Source of the DNA: Parasphingorhabdus sp.
Lineage (GTDB): Bacteria; Pseudomonadota; Gammaproteobacteria; Arenicellales; CAJQKF01
DNA: 64,000 bases
NCBI GenBank assembly: GCA_047615875.1
Contig: JBLHGU010000002.1
Coordinates: 649 to 64,648 of the forward strand
Direction of reading: 5' to 3'
The notes below the pieces were generated by a model. It saw only the letters and a list, made by a program, of their open reading frames with translations. It was not told the DNA's origin and made no database searches. A program made the position numbers and the translations under genes. Positions 12,362 through 21,292 of this stretch are shown piece by piece (within the stretch, counting starts at the first letter, position 1; the number at the start of each line of letters is the position of its first letter).

Positions 12362-12916
12362 GTGCCAAGTCCCGTTGGTCATTGCCTTCTTGGCCTGACC
12401 TTAAGCAAATCATCCATCAACAAGACCTGGCGTCTTTCCCTTGCCGGCATTGGTCTAATTCTGTTCTCTGCCAATGCAGCTGACCTGGACTTTCTTCCTG
12501 GACTACTGATTGGTGATATCAATCGATTCCATCATGGCATCAGTCACAGCTTCGGAATGGCTCTAATCTATGCATTTATTGGCACGTTGTGCGTTAGTCA
12601 TCTAAATTTATTTGCAAACAGACGCATTCTGTTTCTGCAACTATTAATGGTATACATCAGTCACCTTGTCGCAGATATGTTGACTGCGGATGGCAGTGAA
12701 CCCTTTGGTATTCCACTACTCTGGCCGTTAAACGAGAGCTATATAATTTCACCAGTCACTCTTTTCCAGAAGATTGAACATGGCCCTTATGGTGGTGCCA
12801 CGGCTTCGGTACTGGAGAATATTTTTTCGTGGCACAATCTGATGGCAATCGGTGTCGAATCACTACTAATTACGCCGGTGTTACTCTGGGTACTATGGCA
12901 TAAACGAAAGACTTAA
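12362..12916 (+). CDS. YdjM-like membrane metal-dependent hydrolase
   Basis: Likely GTG start at MPSPVGH; DLDF, HHGISHS, SHLVAD, GIPLLWP motifs. Confidence 0.8.
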   Translation: MPSPVGHCLLGLTLSKSSINKTWRLSLAGIGLILFSANAADLDFLPGLLIGDINRFHHGISHSFGMALIYAFIGTLCVSHLNLFANRRILFLQLLMVYISHLVADMLTADGSEPFGIPLLWPLNESYIISPVTLFQKIEHGPYGGATASVLENIFSWHNLMAIGVESLLITPVLLWVLWHKRKT

Positions 12917-12939
12917 AAAAATTCCAGTAGCCTTCAACA

Positions 12940-13260
12940 CTAGTCCCAGCGGGAGTCACGGACCTGAACTGTGTTGTCCTTGATTCTCACCTCAAATATG
13001 TCGATGTCTTCGTAGGCCGGAGCGCTTAATACTTCACCGGTTTTGACATTGAATCTCGCGCCATGGCGCGGGCACTCGATAACATCATCCAGTAAACAAC
13101 CGGTAGCTATTTCTCCACCATCGTGGCTACAAAGGTCTTCAATGGCATAAAATTCTCCATCTATATTGAAAACCGCCACCATCACATCATCTATATCAAC
13201 TACTTTGCAGGAACCGGATTCAATTGCCCCGACCGCTTCCACATCTACCCAATCAGACAT
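12940..13260 (-). CDS. Rieske-type ferredoxin
   Basis: CSH...CPRHGARF Rieske motifs; last gene of the suf operon. Confidence 0.92.
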   Translation of the reverse strand: MSDWVDVEAVGAIESGSCKVVDIDDVMVAVFNIDGEFYAIEDLCSHDGGEIATGCLLDDVIECPRHGARFNVKTGEVLSAPAYEDIDIFEVRIKDNTVQVRDSRWD

Positions 13261-13274
13261 TTCTACCTCAATTT

Positions 13275-13658
13275 CTAAAAAAAACCGAGCTCTAATTTGG
13301 CTGCTTCAGTCATACGATCAGGAGTCCATGGTGGATCCCATACCAACTCTACGTGGGTCTCGTTTACTCCCTCAACGCTATTCACTTCGCCCTCGATGGT
13401 CGCTGGAAAGGTCTGAGCCACCGGACATCCCGGCGCAGTTAGGGTCAGATCAATCGCAACATTAGCTTCTGGATCAATATTAACGGTATATATCAGACCG
13501 AGGTCATAGATGTTCACCGGGATCTCAGGATCGAATATTTCCTTTAATGCGGCGATTACATGATCGTGTAATTCATCAAAGCCAGATAATTCAGTACTTT
13601 GGTGATTGATATCTTCAACCGACAAAGCTTCAATAGTTTCATTCATAGTTATATCCAC
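13275..13658 (-). CDS. sufT: SUF Fe-S assembly factor (DUF59/SufT-like)
   Basis: DPEIPVNIYDLGLIY, TLTAPGCP, WDPPW. Confidence 0.88.
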   Translation of the reverse strand: MDITMNETIEALSVEDINHQSTELSGFDELHDHVIAALKEIFDPEIPVNIYDLGLIYTVNIDPEANVAIDLTLTAPGCPVAQTFPATIEGEVNSVEGVNETHVELVWDPPWTPDRMTEAAKLELGFF

Positions 13659-13659
13659 A

Positions 13660-14943
13660 TCAGGAAAACAAACGTTTTACTTTATCGGCAGCATTAAACA
13701 GTGCATCAATATCTTGTCGAGTATTATAAACACCCAGCGATGCCCTCGCTGTGCCAGCAATACCATAGTGTTGCATTACCGGCATCGCACAATGGTGTCC
13801 GGTTCGAACCGCTACACCCTCTGCATCCAGCAACATACCGGTGTCATTAGCGTGTACCCCCTCTATTTCAAAAGACAGTACGCCGGCTTTTTGTGCAGCG
13901 GTACCGATAATTTTAAACCAGGGACGCTCTGCTGCCATCAGGTTGGCATACTCAAGCAAATCAGTCTCATGGGCAGCAATGTTTTCAATACCAATAGACC
14001 ACATGTATTCCATGGCACAACTTAAACCAATCGCCCCGGCAATATCCGGTGTACCGGCCTCAAACTTAAATGGCAACACATTATATTCTGTATGAGTAAA
14101 GGTCACATCGCGAATCATCTCGCCACCGCCCTGCCAGGGTGGCATTTTTTCCAGCAGTTCTCGTCGGCCATACAAAATCCCCTGACCGGTCGGTCCATAC
14201 ATTTTATGGCCTGAGAATACATAGAAGTCACAGTCAATATCCTGCACGTCGACAATACTGTGCGGAGCAGCCTGAGCGCCATCGATAAGCACCAATGCGC
14301 CTGCGTCATGAGCCTCTTTAGTCAATTCTTTGACTGGATTCACAGTACCGAGTGCATTGGAAACCTGCGTCATGGCAACGATCGTTGGACCTTGTTCCAG
14401 TTGCTGGCGGAAAACCTGACGATCCAATTCACCGGCATCGTCCATAGTTGCCACCAGTAGTTTGGCACCCTTTCGATCACAGAGCATTTGCCAGGGAACT
14501 ATATTGGCGTGGTGCTCCATTTCTGTCACCAACACACAATCACCTGACTTAACGAAAGCTTCACCAGCGCAATTGGCGACCAGGTTAATGCCTTCTGTGG
14601 CTCCGCGCACAAAAATTACTTCCTCAATGCTCATTGCATTGATAAATCGCATGGCGTTAAATCGAGCTTTTTCGAAAGCATCGGTGGCCCGCTCACTCAA
14701 GGTATGCACACCACGATGAACATTGGAATGGTCGCGATTGTAGTAATCACTCACAGCTTGAATTACAGCCGTCGGCTTTTGGGAGCTAGCGGCACTATCC
14801 AGAAACACCAGGGGCTTACCCTTCACCTGTTGATCAAGGATTGGAAAGTCCCGTCTAATGGAATCGATGTCGAAACCTGGAGACTGAGTACTATTTTTGG
14901 ATATAGACTGCGGCATTGTGGTCACCAGAAACTCGTCATTCAA
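13660..14943 (-). CDS. sufS: cysteine desulfurase SufS
   Basis: LDSAASSQKP, SGHKMYGPTG, VRTGHHCA. Confidence 0.96.
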   Translation of the reverse strand: MNDEFLVTTMPQSISKNSTQSPGFDIDSIRRDFPILDQQVKGKPLVFLDSAASSQKPTAVIQAVSDYYNRDHSNVHRGVHTLSERATDAFEKARFNAMRFINAMSIEEVIFVRGATEGINLVANCAGEAFVKSGDCVLVTEMEHHANIVPWQMLCDRKGAKLLVATMDDAGELDRQVFRQQLEQGPTIVAMTQVSNALGTVNPVKELTKEAHDAGALVLIDGAQAAPHSIVDVQDIDCDFYVFSGHKMYGPTGQGILYGRRELLEKMPPWQGGGEMIRDVTFTHTEYNVLPFKFEAGTPDIAGAIGLSCAMEYMWSIGIENIAAHETDLLEYANLMAAERPWFKIIGTAAQKAGVLSFEIEGVHANDTGMLLDAEGVAVRTGHHCAMPVMQHYGIAGTARASLGVYNTRQDIDALFNAADKVKRLFS

Positions 14944-16243
14944 TTTCGCGCAGCGAACTCGACACTTTGAGTTCGATATGTTTTTTTAAAGCCTGATTAG
15001 AAATACCTTGTAAGGCGTCGTATGCGAAAGCGTAAGTCAGCATGCCCCGAGCGGCCTCTGGATCTATACCCCGCGTGCGAAGATAAAATAGACTATCTGG
15101 ATCTAGCTGACCTACTGTGGCGCCATGCGAGCATTTCACATCATCTGCGTAGATTTCCAATTGAGGCTTGGTATCAATCTCAGCATCTCTCGATAACAAG
15201 AGATTCTGATTTTGCTGTTGACTGTCTGTTTGCTGAGCATCTTTGGCAACTACAATACGACCATGAAACACATTTCGTGAACGACCATCAAGTACGCCTT
15301 TGAATAATTCCTTGCTAACGCATTTTTCGACTAGATGATTTACCTGGGTAAAATTGTCGACATGTTGACGGCCATCGGTTACTGCCAGACCATTCAAATG
15401 GCAGGCGGCACCCGGTTCACTCATAGAAAGATGAATATCGTTACGAATAAGCAGTCCATCCAGAGAAACCACATTTGCCGTAAGGATGCTGTCAGCCAGC
15501 TGATTGGCAAATAAACCGCCTACCTGACTCGCCTTTGAGGACTCTTCCTGCAAACGACAAAACTCGAGCTTGGATCGTGCCTGTAGAAACAACTCTGTAA
15601 CGCAATTATTGAGGTATTTTCCGTGCTCAATATTGGCAAAGCGTTCAATGACCACCGCTTGACTATCTTCACCCATAACCACCAGATTACGTGGTTGCAC
15701 GACACGCTCAACATCGCCAGTACTGATGTAAATCACTTCAATAGGCAACTCTACCTTTACCCCGGCAGGCACTTCAATAACTGCTCCGGTGGACAGGAAC
15801 GCCCCATTCAAATGGGAGAAGCCGTGAGCATTCTCGGGCAATGCCTTACCCAGCCAGGACTCAATCAAATCCCCCCGACTTGCTATTGCCGTAGCAAAAT
15901 CTGCAACGAACACTGAATCCTGCAAATTCTGCATGTCGGAAAAAGCAGTACTCAGTATTCCATCGACAAATACCAGCCGGTGACTTTCAAGATCATTGAT
16001 TACGGGGATACTGTCCAGATTGGAACTCGCTGAACTTGAAAATTCAAAAGCCGACTTTGTTAAAGCACGAGTGTTGGTATATTTCCAGTTTTCATCTTTA
16101 TCTGTGGGTAGTCCGCAGGACTCAAACTGAGTAAGTGACTGATCGCGATAGGCCTTCAACCAGCTAATCTCATAGTCTGGAAATTCGCCTACAACTCGTC
16201 GTTGTGCCGCCAGACAATATTGGATATCCAATGCTTCTACCAT
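14936..16243 (-). CDS. sufD: Fe-S assembly protein SufD
   Basis: ENWKYT, KPQLEIYADDVKCSHGATVG; start set at MVEALD. Confidence 0.95.
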   Translation of the reverse strand: MVEALDIQYCLAAQRRVVGEFPDYEISWLKAYRDQSLTQFESCGLPTDKDENWKYTNTRALTKSAFEFSSSASSNLDSIPVINDLESHRLVFVDGILSTAFSDMQNLQDSVFVADFATAIASRGDLIESWLGKALPENAHGFSHLNGAFLSTGAVIEVPAGVKVELPIEVIYISTGDVERVVQPRNLVVMGEDSQAVVIERFANIEHGKYLNNCVTELFLQARSKLEFCRLQEESSKASQVGGLFANQLADSILTANVVSLDGLLIRNDIHLSMSEPGAACHLNGLAVTDGRQHVDNFTQVNHLVEKCVSKELFKGVLDGRSRNVFHGRIVVAKDAQQTDSQQQNQNLLLSRDAEIDTKPQLEIYADDVKCSHGATVGQLDPDSLFYLRTRGIDPEAARGMLTYAFAYDALQGISNQALKKHIELKVSSSLREIE

Positions 16244-16247
16244 GATC

Positions 16248-17018
16248 TTATCCCGCCGCCACCTGTTGACCACCGGGCTCTTTTTCAATCCAGCCATAAC
16301 CCTCAGCTTCTAGTTCATGAGCGAGTTCCTTGCCGCCGGACTTAATCACCTTGCCGTTAGCCAGCACGTGTACGAAGTCGGGCACAATATAGTCGAGCAA
16401 TCTTTGATAATGAGTGACCACGATCATTGATCGTTCAGGGCTACGTAGTGCGTTCACACCGTTAGCGACGATTTTCAAAGCATCAATATCCAGACCAGAG
16501 TCTGTCTCATCAAGTATCGACAATTGTGGCTCCAACATGGCCATCTGAAGAATCTCGTTGCGTTTCTTTTCGCCACCTGAAAATCCTTCATTTACTGAAC
16601 GACGCAAAAACTCATCACGCATTTCCACCAGCTTGAGTTTTTGCCGAACCAGTTTCAAGAATTGAACTGCATCGAGTTCCGGCTGCCCCTGATGTCTGCG
16701 CACGGCGTTCACCGAGGCTTTTAGCAAATTGACATTGGAAACACCTGGAATTTCAACAGGATATTGAAATGCTAGAAAAATTCCTTCGCGAGCGCGTTCT
16801 TCAGGCTCTAGCTCGGTTAAATCCATGCCCTTATAGCTGATACTGCCACCAGTGACCGCATAGGTGTCCCGACCAGCCAGAACATTAGCCAGAGTACTTT
16901 TACCGGAACCGTTTGGCCCCATGATGGCATGTACTTCGCCAGGATTAATTTCCAGATTTATGCCATTCAAAATGGGCTTTCCAGCCACACTGGCATGCAA
17001 ATTTTCGATTTTCAACAT
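16248..17018 (-). CDS. sufC: Fe-S assembly ATPase SufC
   Basis: [36 protein letters not shown]. Confidence 0.97.
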   Translation of the reverse strand: MLKIENLHASVAGKPILNGINLEINPGEVHAIMGPNGSGKSTLANVLAGRDTYAVTGGSISYKGMDLTELEPEERAREGIFLAFQYPVEIPGVSNVNLLKASVNAVRRHQGQPELDAVQFLKLVRQKLKLVEMRDEFLRRSVNEGFSGGEKKRNEILQMAMLEPQLSILDETDSGLDIDALKIVANGVNALRSPERSMIVVTHYQRLLDYIVPDFVHVLANGKVIKSGGKELAHELEAEGYGWIEKEPGGQQVAAG

Positions 17019-17055
17019 TTCATTACAACCTTAAATAATTTTTCCGGCCGGGGCG

Positions 17056-18504
17056 TTAACCCACAGCTCCTTCCAGGCTTATGCCCAGCAATTTTTGCGC
17101 TTCAACGGCAAATTCCATAGGCAGCTCCTTGAGCACTTCCTTACAGAACCCATTCACAATCATGGATACCGCATCTTCTTCCCCAAGTCCGCGTTGACGT
17201 AGGTAAAAAAGCTGATCTTCACCGATTCTAGATGTAGTAGCCTCATGTTCAATAACCGCCGTTGGGTTTTTCACCTCAATATAGGGGAATGTATGAGCAC
17301 CACACTTATCACCCATCAGCAGTGAATCGCACTGGGAGTAATTGCGGGCGTTCTCTGCCCCTTTCAAGGCTTTCACCAGACCACGATAAGATTGCTGACC
17401 TCGCCCGGCTGAAATTCCCTTGGAAACAATGGTGCTAGAAGTGTTCTTACCGATGTGAACCATTTTGGTTCCAGTGTCCGCCTGTTGCATATTGTTAGTC
17501 AGGGCAACGGAATAAAACTCACCTACTGATCCATCACCTTCCAAAAGAACACTAGGGTATTTCCAGGTGATTGCAGAACCTGTTTCTACCTGAGTCCAGG
17601 AAATCTTCGCGTTCTCACCTCTGCAAGCACCACGTTTAGTAACAAAGTTATATATTCCGCCTTTACCATTCTCGTCGCCGGGATACCAGTTTTGGACTGT
17701 CGAGTATTTAATTTCGGCATCCTTCATTGCGACCAGTTCGACTACAGCCGCGTGTAGCTGATTCTCATCTCTCTGGGGAGCTGTACAGCCTTCTAGATAA
17801 CTGACGTAAGCGCCTTCCTCGGCAATAATTAGTGTGCGTTCAAATTGCCCAGTATTCATCTCGTTAATACGAAAATAGGTCGATAACTCCATAGGACAAC
17901 GCACACCTTTGGGAATATAAACGAATGATCCGTCGCTAAAAACTGCGGAGTTCAATGCAGCATAATAATTATCCGCTACCGGCACGACCGAACCGAGGTA
18001 TTGTTCCACCAACTCAGGATATTTCTGTAAAGCTTCTGAAATAGGACAAAACAGAACCCCAGCTTCCAACAATGTCTCCTTAAAAGTTGTTACTACTGAA
18101 ACACTATCAAACACAACATCGACTGCAACTCCGGCCAGCATCTTTTGTTCTTCAATTGGAATGCCCAGTTTTTTATAGGTTTCCAATAATTTGGGATCCA
18201 CCTCATCAAGACTTTTGGGACCATCTTCAAGGCTCTTGGGTGCTGAGAAGTAACTAATTTCCTGAAAATCAATCTTCGGGTAGTGCACCTGGGCCCACTC
18301 AGGCTCCTCCATCTGTTGCCATTTGGCAAATGCGGCTAGCCGCCAATCCAGCATAAATTGCGGTTCTTTTTTCTTCAACGACAAGGCACGAACTACCGAC
18401 TCATCAAGCCCCGGCGGGAAAGTTTCCGCTTCAATATCGGTGATAAACCCTTCTTTGTATTCCCTTTTTACCAGGGTATCTAAATCAATTGCAGGAAGAC
18501 TCAT
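17056..18504 (-). CDS. sufB: Fe-S assembly protein SufB
   Basis: [34 protein letters not shown]. Confidence 0.97.
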   Translation of the reverse strand: MSLPAIDLDTLVKREYKEGFITDIEAETFPPGLDESVVRALSLKKKEPQFMLDWRLAAFAKWQQMEEPEWAQVHYPKIDFQEISYFSAPKSLEDGPKSLDEVDPKLLETYKKLGIPIEEQKMLAGVAVDVVFDSVSVVTTFKETLLEAGVLFCPISEALQKYPELVEQYLGSVVPVADNYYAALNSAVFSDGSFVYIPKGVRCPMELSTYFRINEMNTGQFERTLIIAEEGAYVSYLEGCTAPQRDENQLHAAVVELVAMKDAEIKYSTVQNWYPGDENGKGGIYNFVTKRGACRGENAKISWTQVETGSAITWKYPSVLLEGDGSVGEFYSVALTNNMQQADTGTKMVHIGKNTSSTIVSKGISAGRGQQSYRGLVKALKGAENARNYSQCDSLLMGDKCGAHTFPYIEVKNPTAVIEHEATTSRIGEDQLFYLRQRGLGEEDAVSMIVNGFCKEVLKELPMEFAVEAQKLLGISLEGAVG

Positions 18505-18563
18505 ATATATTTGCACTCAATAAATAAATTCATAAAACGACAAGTAAGGCCACAAGCTGGAAC

Positions 18564-19043
18564 TCACAGCACTCCAGCTTCAAAACTCACCGTCGCCGTA
18601 GCGCGACCCAGTTCGGCGGTGGGTCGCTGCTCGCTTGCACGTTTTTCCCGATCTAACAATTCGCCCAGAGATATCTCATCAAGAAACTGGAAAATTTTAT
18701 CCGACAGGTCGCTCCACAATTCATGGGTCAAACAGCGTTCGCCATCACGACAGTCTTCGCTTCCACCACAACGCGTAATGTCAATTTTTTCGTCTACCGA
18801 GGTAATAATATCGGCAATGGATATTGTCACCGGCTCTTTGGCGAGACGATAACCGCCACCGGGCCCGCGCGTACCTTTTACCAAACCACTTTTTCTCAGA
18901 CGAGCAAATAATTGCTCCAGGTAGGACAAGGATATTTCCTGATTCTCGGCAATATCCTGCAGCGTCACCGGCTTAGTGTCCTGATTTATTGCTAGATCCA
19001 GCATGGCGGTAACAGCGTAACGACCTTTGGTTGTTAATCGCAT
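18564..19043 (-). CDS. iscR: Fe-S cluster transcriptional regulator IscR
   Basis: [26 protein letters not shown]-x5-C-x5-C-LTH ligands. Confidence 0.93.
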   Translation of the reverse strand: MRLTTKGRYAVTAMLDLAINQDTKPVTLQDIAENQEISLSYLEQLFARLRKSGLVKGTRGPGGGYRLAKEPVTISIADIITSVDEKIDITRCGGSEDCRDGERCLTHELWSDLSDKIFQFLDEISLGELLDREKRASEQRPTAELGRATATVSFEAGVL

Positions 19044-19202
19044 ATAGATAGTCCTGACACCGAATAGAGGGTGCATTGGAAATTAAAGTGGGATACCGGC
19101 ACTTAACTTGAAGCTTTACTTCGCTATTCCGTGCAATACCGGATTAATTCATTGAATTTGCTGGTCATAGTGACAGGCAGGTCTAACAACAATGGTCAAC
19201 CT

Positions 19203-19263
19203 ATTAACCAAGTAAATAGGTAGGAAATGATTGTATCAATAACCTAGCTAAATACTCAAGTAT
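19203..19263 (-). promoter_or_regulatory. two tandem putative IscR type-1 operator sites
   Basis: Minus strand ATACTTGAGTATTTAGCTAGGTTAT (19239-19263) and TTTCCTACCTATTTACTTGGTTAAT (19203-19227): 25-bp imperfect palindromes upstream of iscR resembling autoregulatory IscR boxes. Confidence 0.6.
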
Positions 19264-19454
19264 TATTTTGGAAATATTTATGGGTCTTTGCGCAAATATC
19301 TTTGCCTGCTAGCCAATAGACCGCTTATAGCTCATACATCGCATTCTGTCGAAAGTACTGTATTTTTATTGATGAAACAATATACAAAAGGAATTCTACT
19401 ATGGTATTTTCACTCTCTCAAGCAATTAACCCTTAACGAGGAGTTCCCCTACCC

Positions 19455-19826
19455 ATGGCCGCAAAAAAGAAAGCCGCTAGCAAGAAGGCTGCAGTAAAGA
19501 AATCCCCTGCAATTTCCGCCAAACAAACAAAGACCCAAATTATTCAGGCAATCGCTGACGACACCGGTTTAACCAAAAAAGACGTTTCTTCAGTTTTTGG
19601 TTCAATGGGTGATCTGCTGGAACGTCATATGAAACGTCGTGGCTCAGGTGAGTTCTCCATACCTGAATCTGGCGTGAAAGTGCGTCGTGTAAAGAAACCC
19701 GCCCGCAAATCCCGCATGGGGCGCAATCCAGCTACTGGCGAGACTATAAAAATTGCTGCCAAGCCGGCTTCCACCACGGTTAAAGTGACTGCACTAAAAG
19801 CATTGAAAGATTCCGTTAAGTTATAA
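19455..19826 (+). CDS. HU-family histone-like DNA-binding protein with Lys/Ala-rich N-tail
   Basis: TKTQIIQAIADDTGL, GRNPATGETIKIAAKP. Confidence 0.9.
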   Translation: MAAKKKAASKKAAVKKSPAISAKQTKTQIIQAIADDTGLTKKDVSSVFGSMGDLLERHMKRRGSGEFSIPESGVKVRRVKKPARKSRMGRNPATGETIKIAAKPASTTVKVTALKALKDSVKL

Positions 19827-19842
19827 GGGCATTCTCACTGGG

Positions 19843-19869
19843 AAAAGCGCCCTTCGGGCGCTTTTTTTT
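19843..19869 (+). terminator. Rho-independent terminator (possibly bidirectional)
   Basis: AAAAGCGCCC-TTC-GGGCGC followed by a T run, just after the HU gene. Confidence 0.88.
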
Positions 19870-19920
19870 ACTTTGAGTTTTTAGGAGAAAACACCTAAAG
19901 TTTGGGCAAGGCCCGTCAAG

Positions 19921-19950
19921 AAAAAAGGCGTCCCGAAGAACGCCTTTTTT
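19921..19950 (-). terminator. Rho-independent terminator (bidirectional form)
   Basis: AAAAAAGGCGT-CCCGAAGA-ACGCCTTTTTT downstream of the islet genes. Confidence 0.8.
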
Positions 19951-20000
19951 AAACCCGGACTATTAGCTTTCAATCAAAATTGTTCAAGCCGAAATTAATA

Positions 20001-21257
20001 TCAGGGTAGATCTGACGCACAACTACCGCTGCTTGTCAGATAACTCGCAGTAACCGACTTATCGATATGACAGGATTTCTTGCCACTTCCTGCCGCATCA
20101 ACATTCAAGTTACCCGTTACCAGAAGGTCAGCATTCTGACCAATCGACAATCCATCTGCAGAAATCAAGTCAATATCAGAGAAACTTGTAAGACTAACTG
20201 ACTTCTTAATTTCTAGTTTGCTGTCCTTTCCTTCACCAGTACTCATCATTTTCAGACCATTTTGAGTGGTTATAACAGTGTTATCGCCAACCTTGATTTG
20301 GCCCGAGACTAAATCAACCACATCCGCAATCAAGGTACTATTTTTGCCTATATCTAGTTTAAATTTCTGTTTGTGTTTATGTCCATGATTTTGATCTTGC
20401 GACTCAGTTAGCATGGTGATCGAGCCTATAGCTTCGATGTAAACATCCGATTTTATATCGACACCTTTTGCGCCACTTATTGATAGGGAGAGCAGATTCA
20501 TCTGCGCCTCTTTTTCAAATATCACTTTGCCGTCGCTACTTGAAACCACACCAGACGAAGTTAATTGCGCATTGAAGTTGTTGCCAATTTTCACCTCCTT
20601 TCGTGAGGCAATATTCAAGTTATCAGCGTTTACGTTGCTCCCCTTATCCAATTTCACTTTATCCTTATCTGAAGCTATGCAAATTTCACCCGCGTCAAAA
20701 CTCACATACTCTTTGGCGTGAACTCCCTTGCCTCCTTCCACACTAATCGACGTTGCCGACAGATTTACTCCTGCAGTCAACTCAATTTTACAGGGCGATA
20801 ACAACCCGATAGAAGATTCGCTTAGACTGGCAATTACCAGCAAGTTTTTGTATTTGTCGCCGCCCGCACTGCCAAAATCCGATGCGACATAAGCATCGAA
20901 ATCAGCCAGGCTAGCTATAGCAACGGTTCCTTCACATTGTAAGTCTCGAAACTGTGGCTCGCCTTCCTCGCCAGACAGAACATTCCAAAACCCAGTAGCA
21001 CCGCCATAGCTGGCACTCGTGCTGTCAATGTTCTGTGTGGGTTGCCCCAGGGAGCCACTAAGCGAATAATTCGCCGACCCAATAGTCGCGCCTCCGGAGC
21101 CACTTACATCAGCGTCTACACCAAAATTCGCGCTACTACTGCCACCACCTACTGTAGTGATGCCGCAAATGCTTGCTTGAGCGCCTACGCCATACATTAG
21201 CCCAACACACAAGGCTAATACAGAAAGTGTCTGTTTATTAGGATTCATGATTTTCAC
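20001..21257 (-). CDS. secreted hypothetical protein, probable beta-solenoid
   Basis: Signal peptide ending AQA; Ser/Gly-rich; recurring K(V/I)xIxK/N strand motifs; terminal Cys pair. Confidence 0.7.
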   Translation of the reverse strand: MKIMNPNKQTLSVLALCVGLMYGVGAQASICGITTVGGGSSSANFGVDADVSGSGGATIGSANYSLSGSLGQPTQNIDSTSASYGGATGFWNVLSGEEGEPQFRDLQCEGTVAIASLADFDAYVASDFGSAGGDKYKNLLVIASLSESSIGLLSPCKIELTAGVNLSATSISVEGGKGVHAKEYVSFDAGEICIASDKDKVKLDKGSNVNADNLNIASRKEVKIGNNFNAQLTSSGVVSSSDGKVIFEKEAQMNLLSLSISGAKGVDIKSDVYIEAIGSITMLTESQDQNHGHKHKQKFKLDIGKNSTLIADVVDLVSGQIKVGDNTVITTQNGLKMMSTGEGKDSKLEIKKSVSLTSFSDIDLISADGLSIGQNADLLVTGNLNVDAAGSGKKSCHIDKSVTASYLTSSGSCASDLP

Positions 21258-21292
21258 CTTATCGTTAGTTCAAAAAATTCTTTTCAGTAGAA

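Noticed and set aside
19870-20000. attR duplicate of the tRNA-Met 3' end at the left edge of the islet
   Set aside because: No copy of TAGCCACCA/TGGTGGCTA was seen there and no integrase is present.
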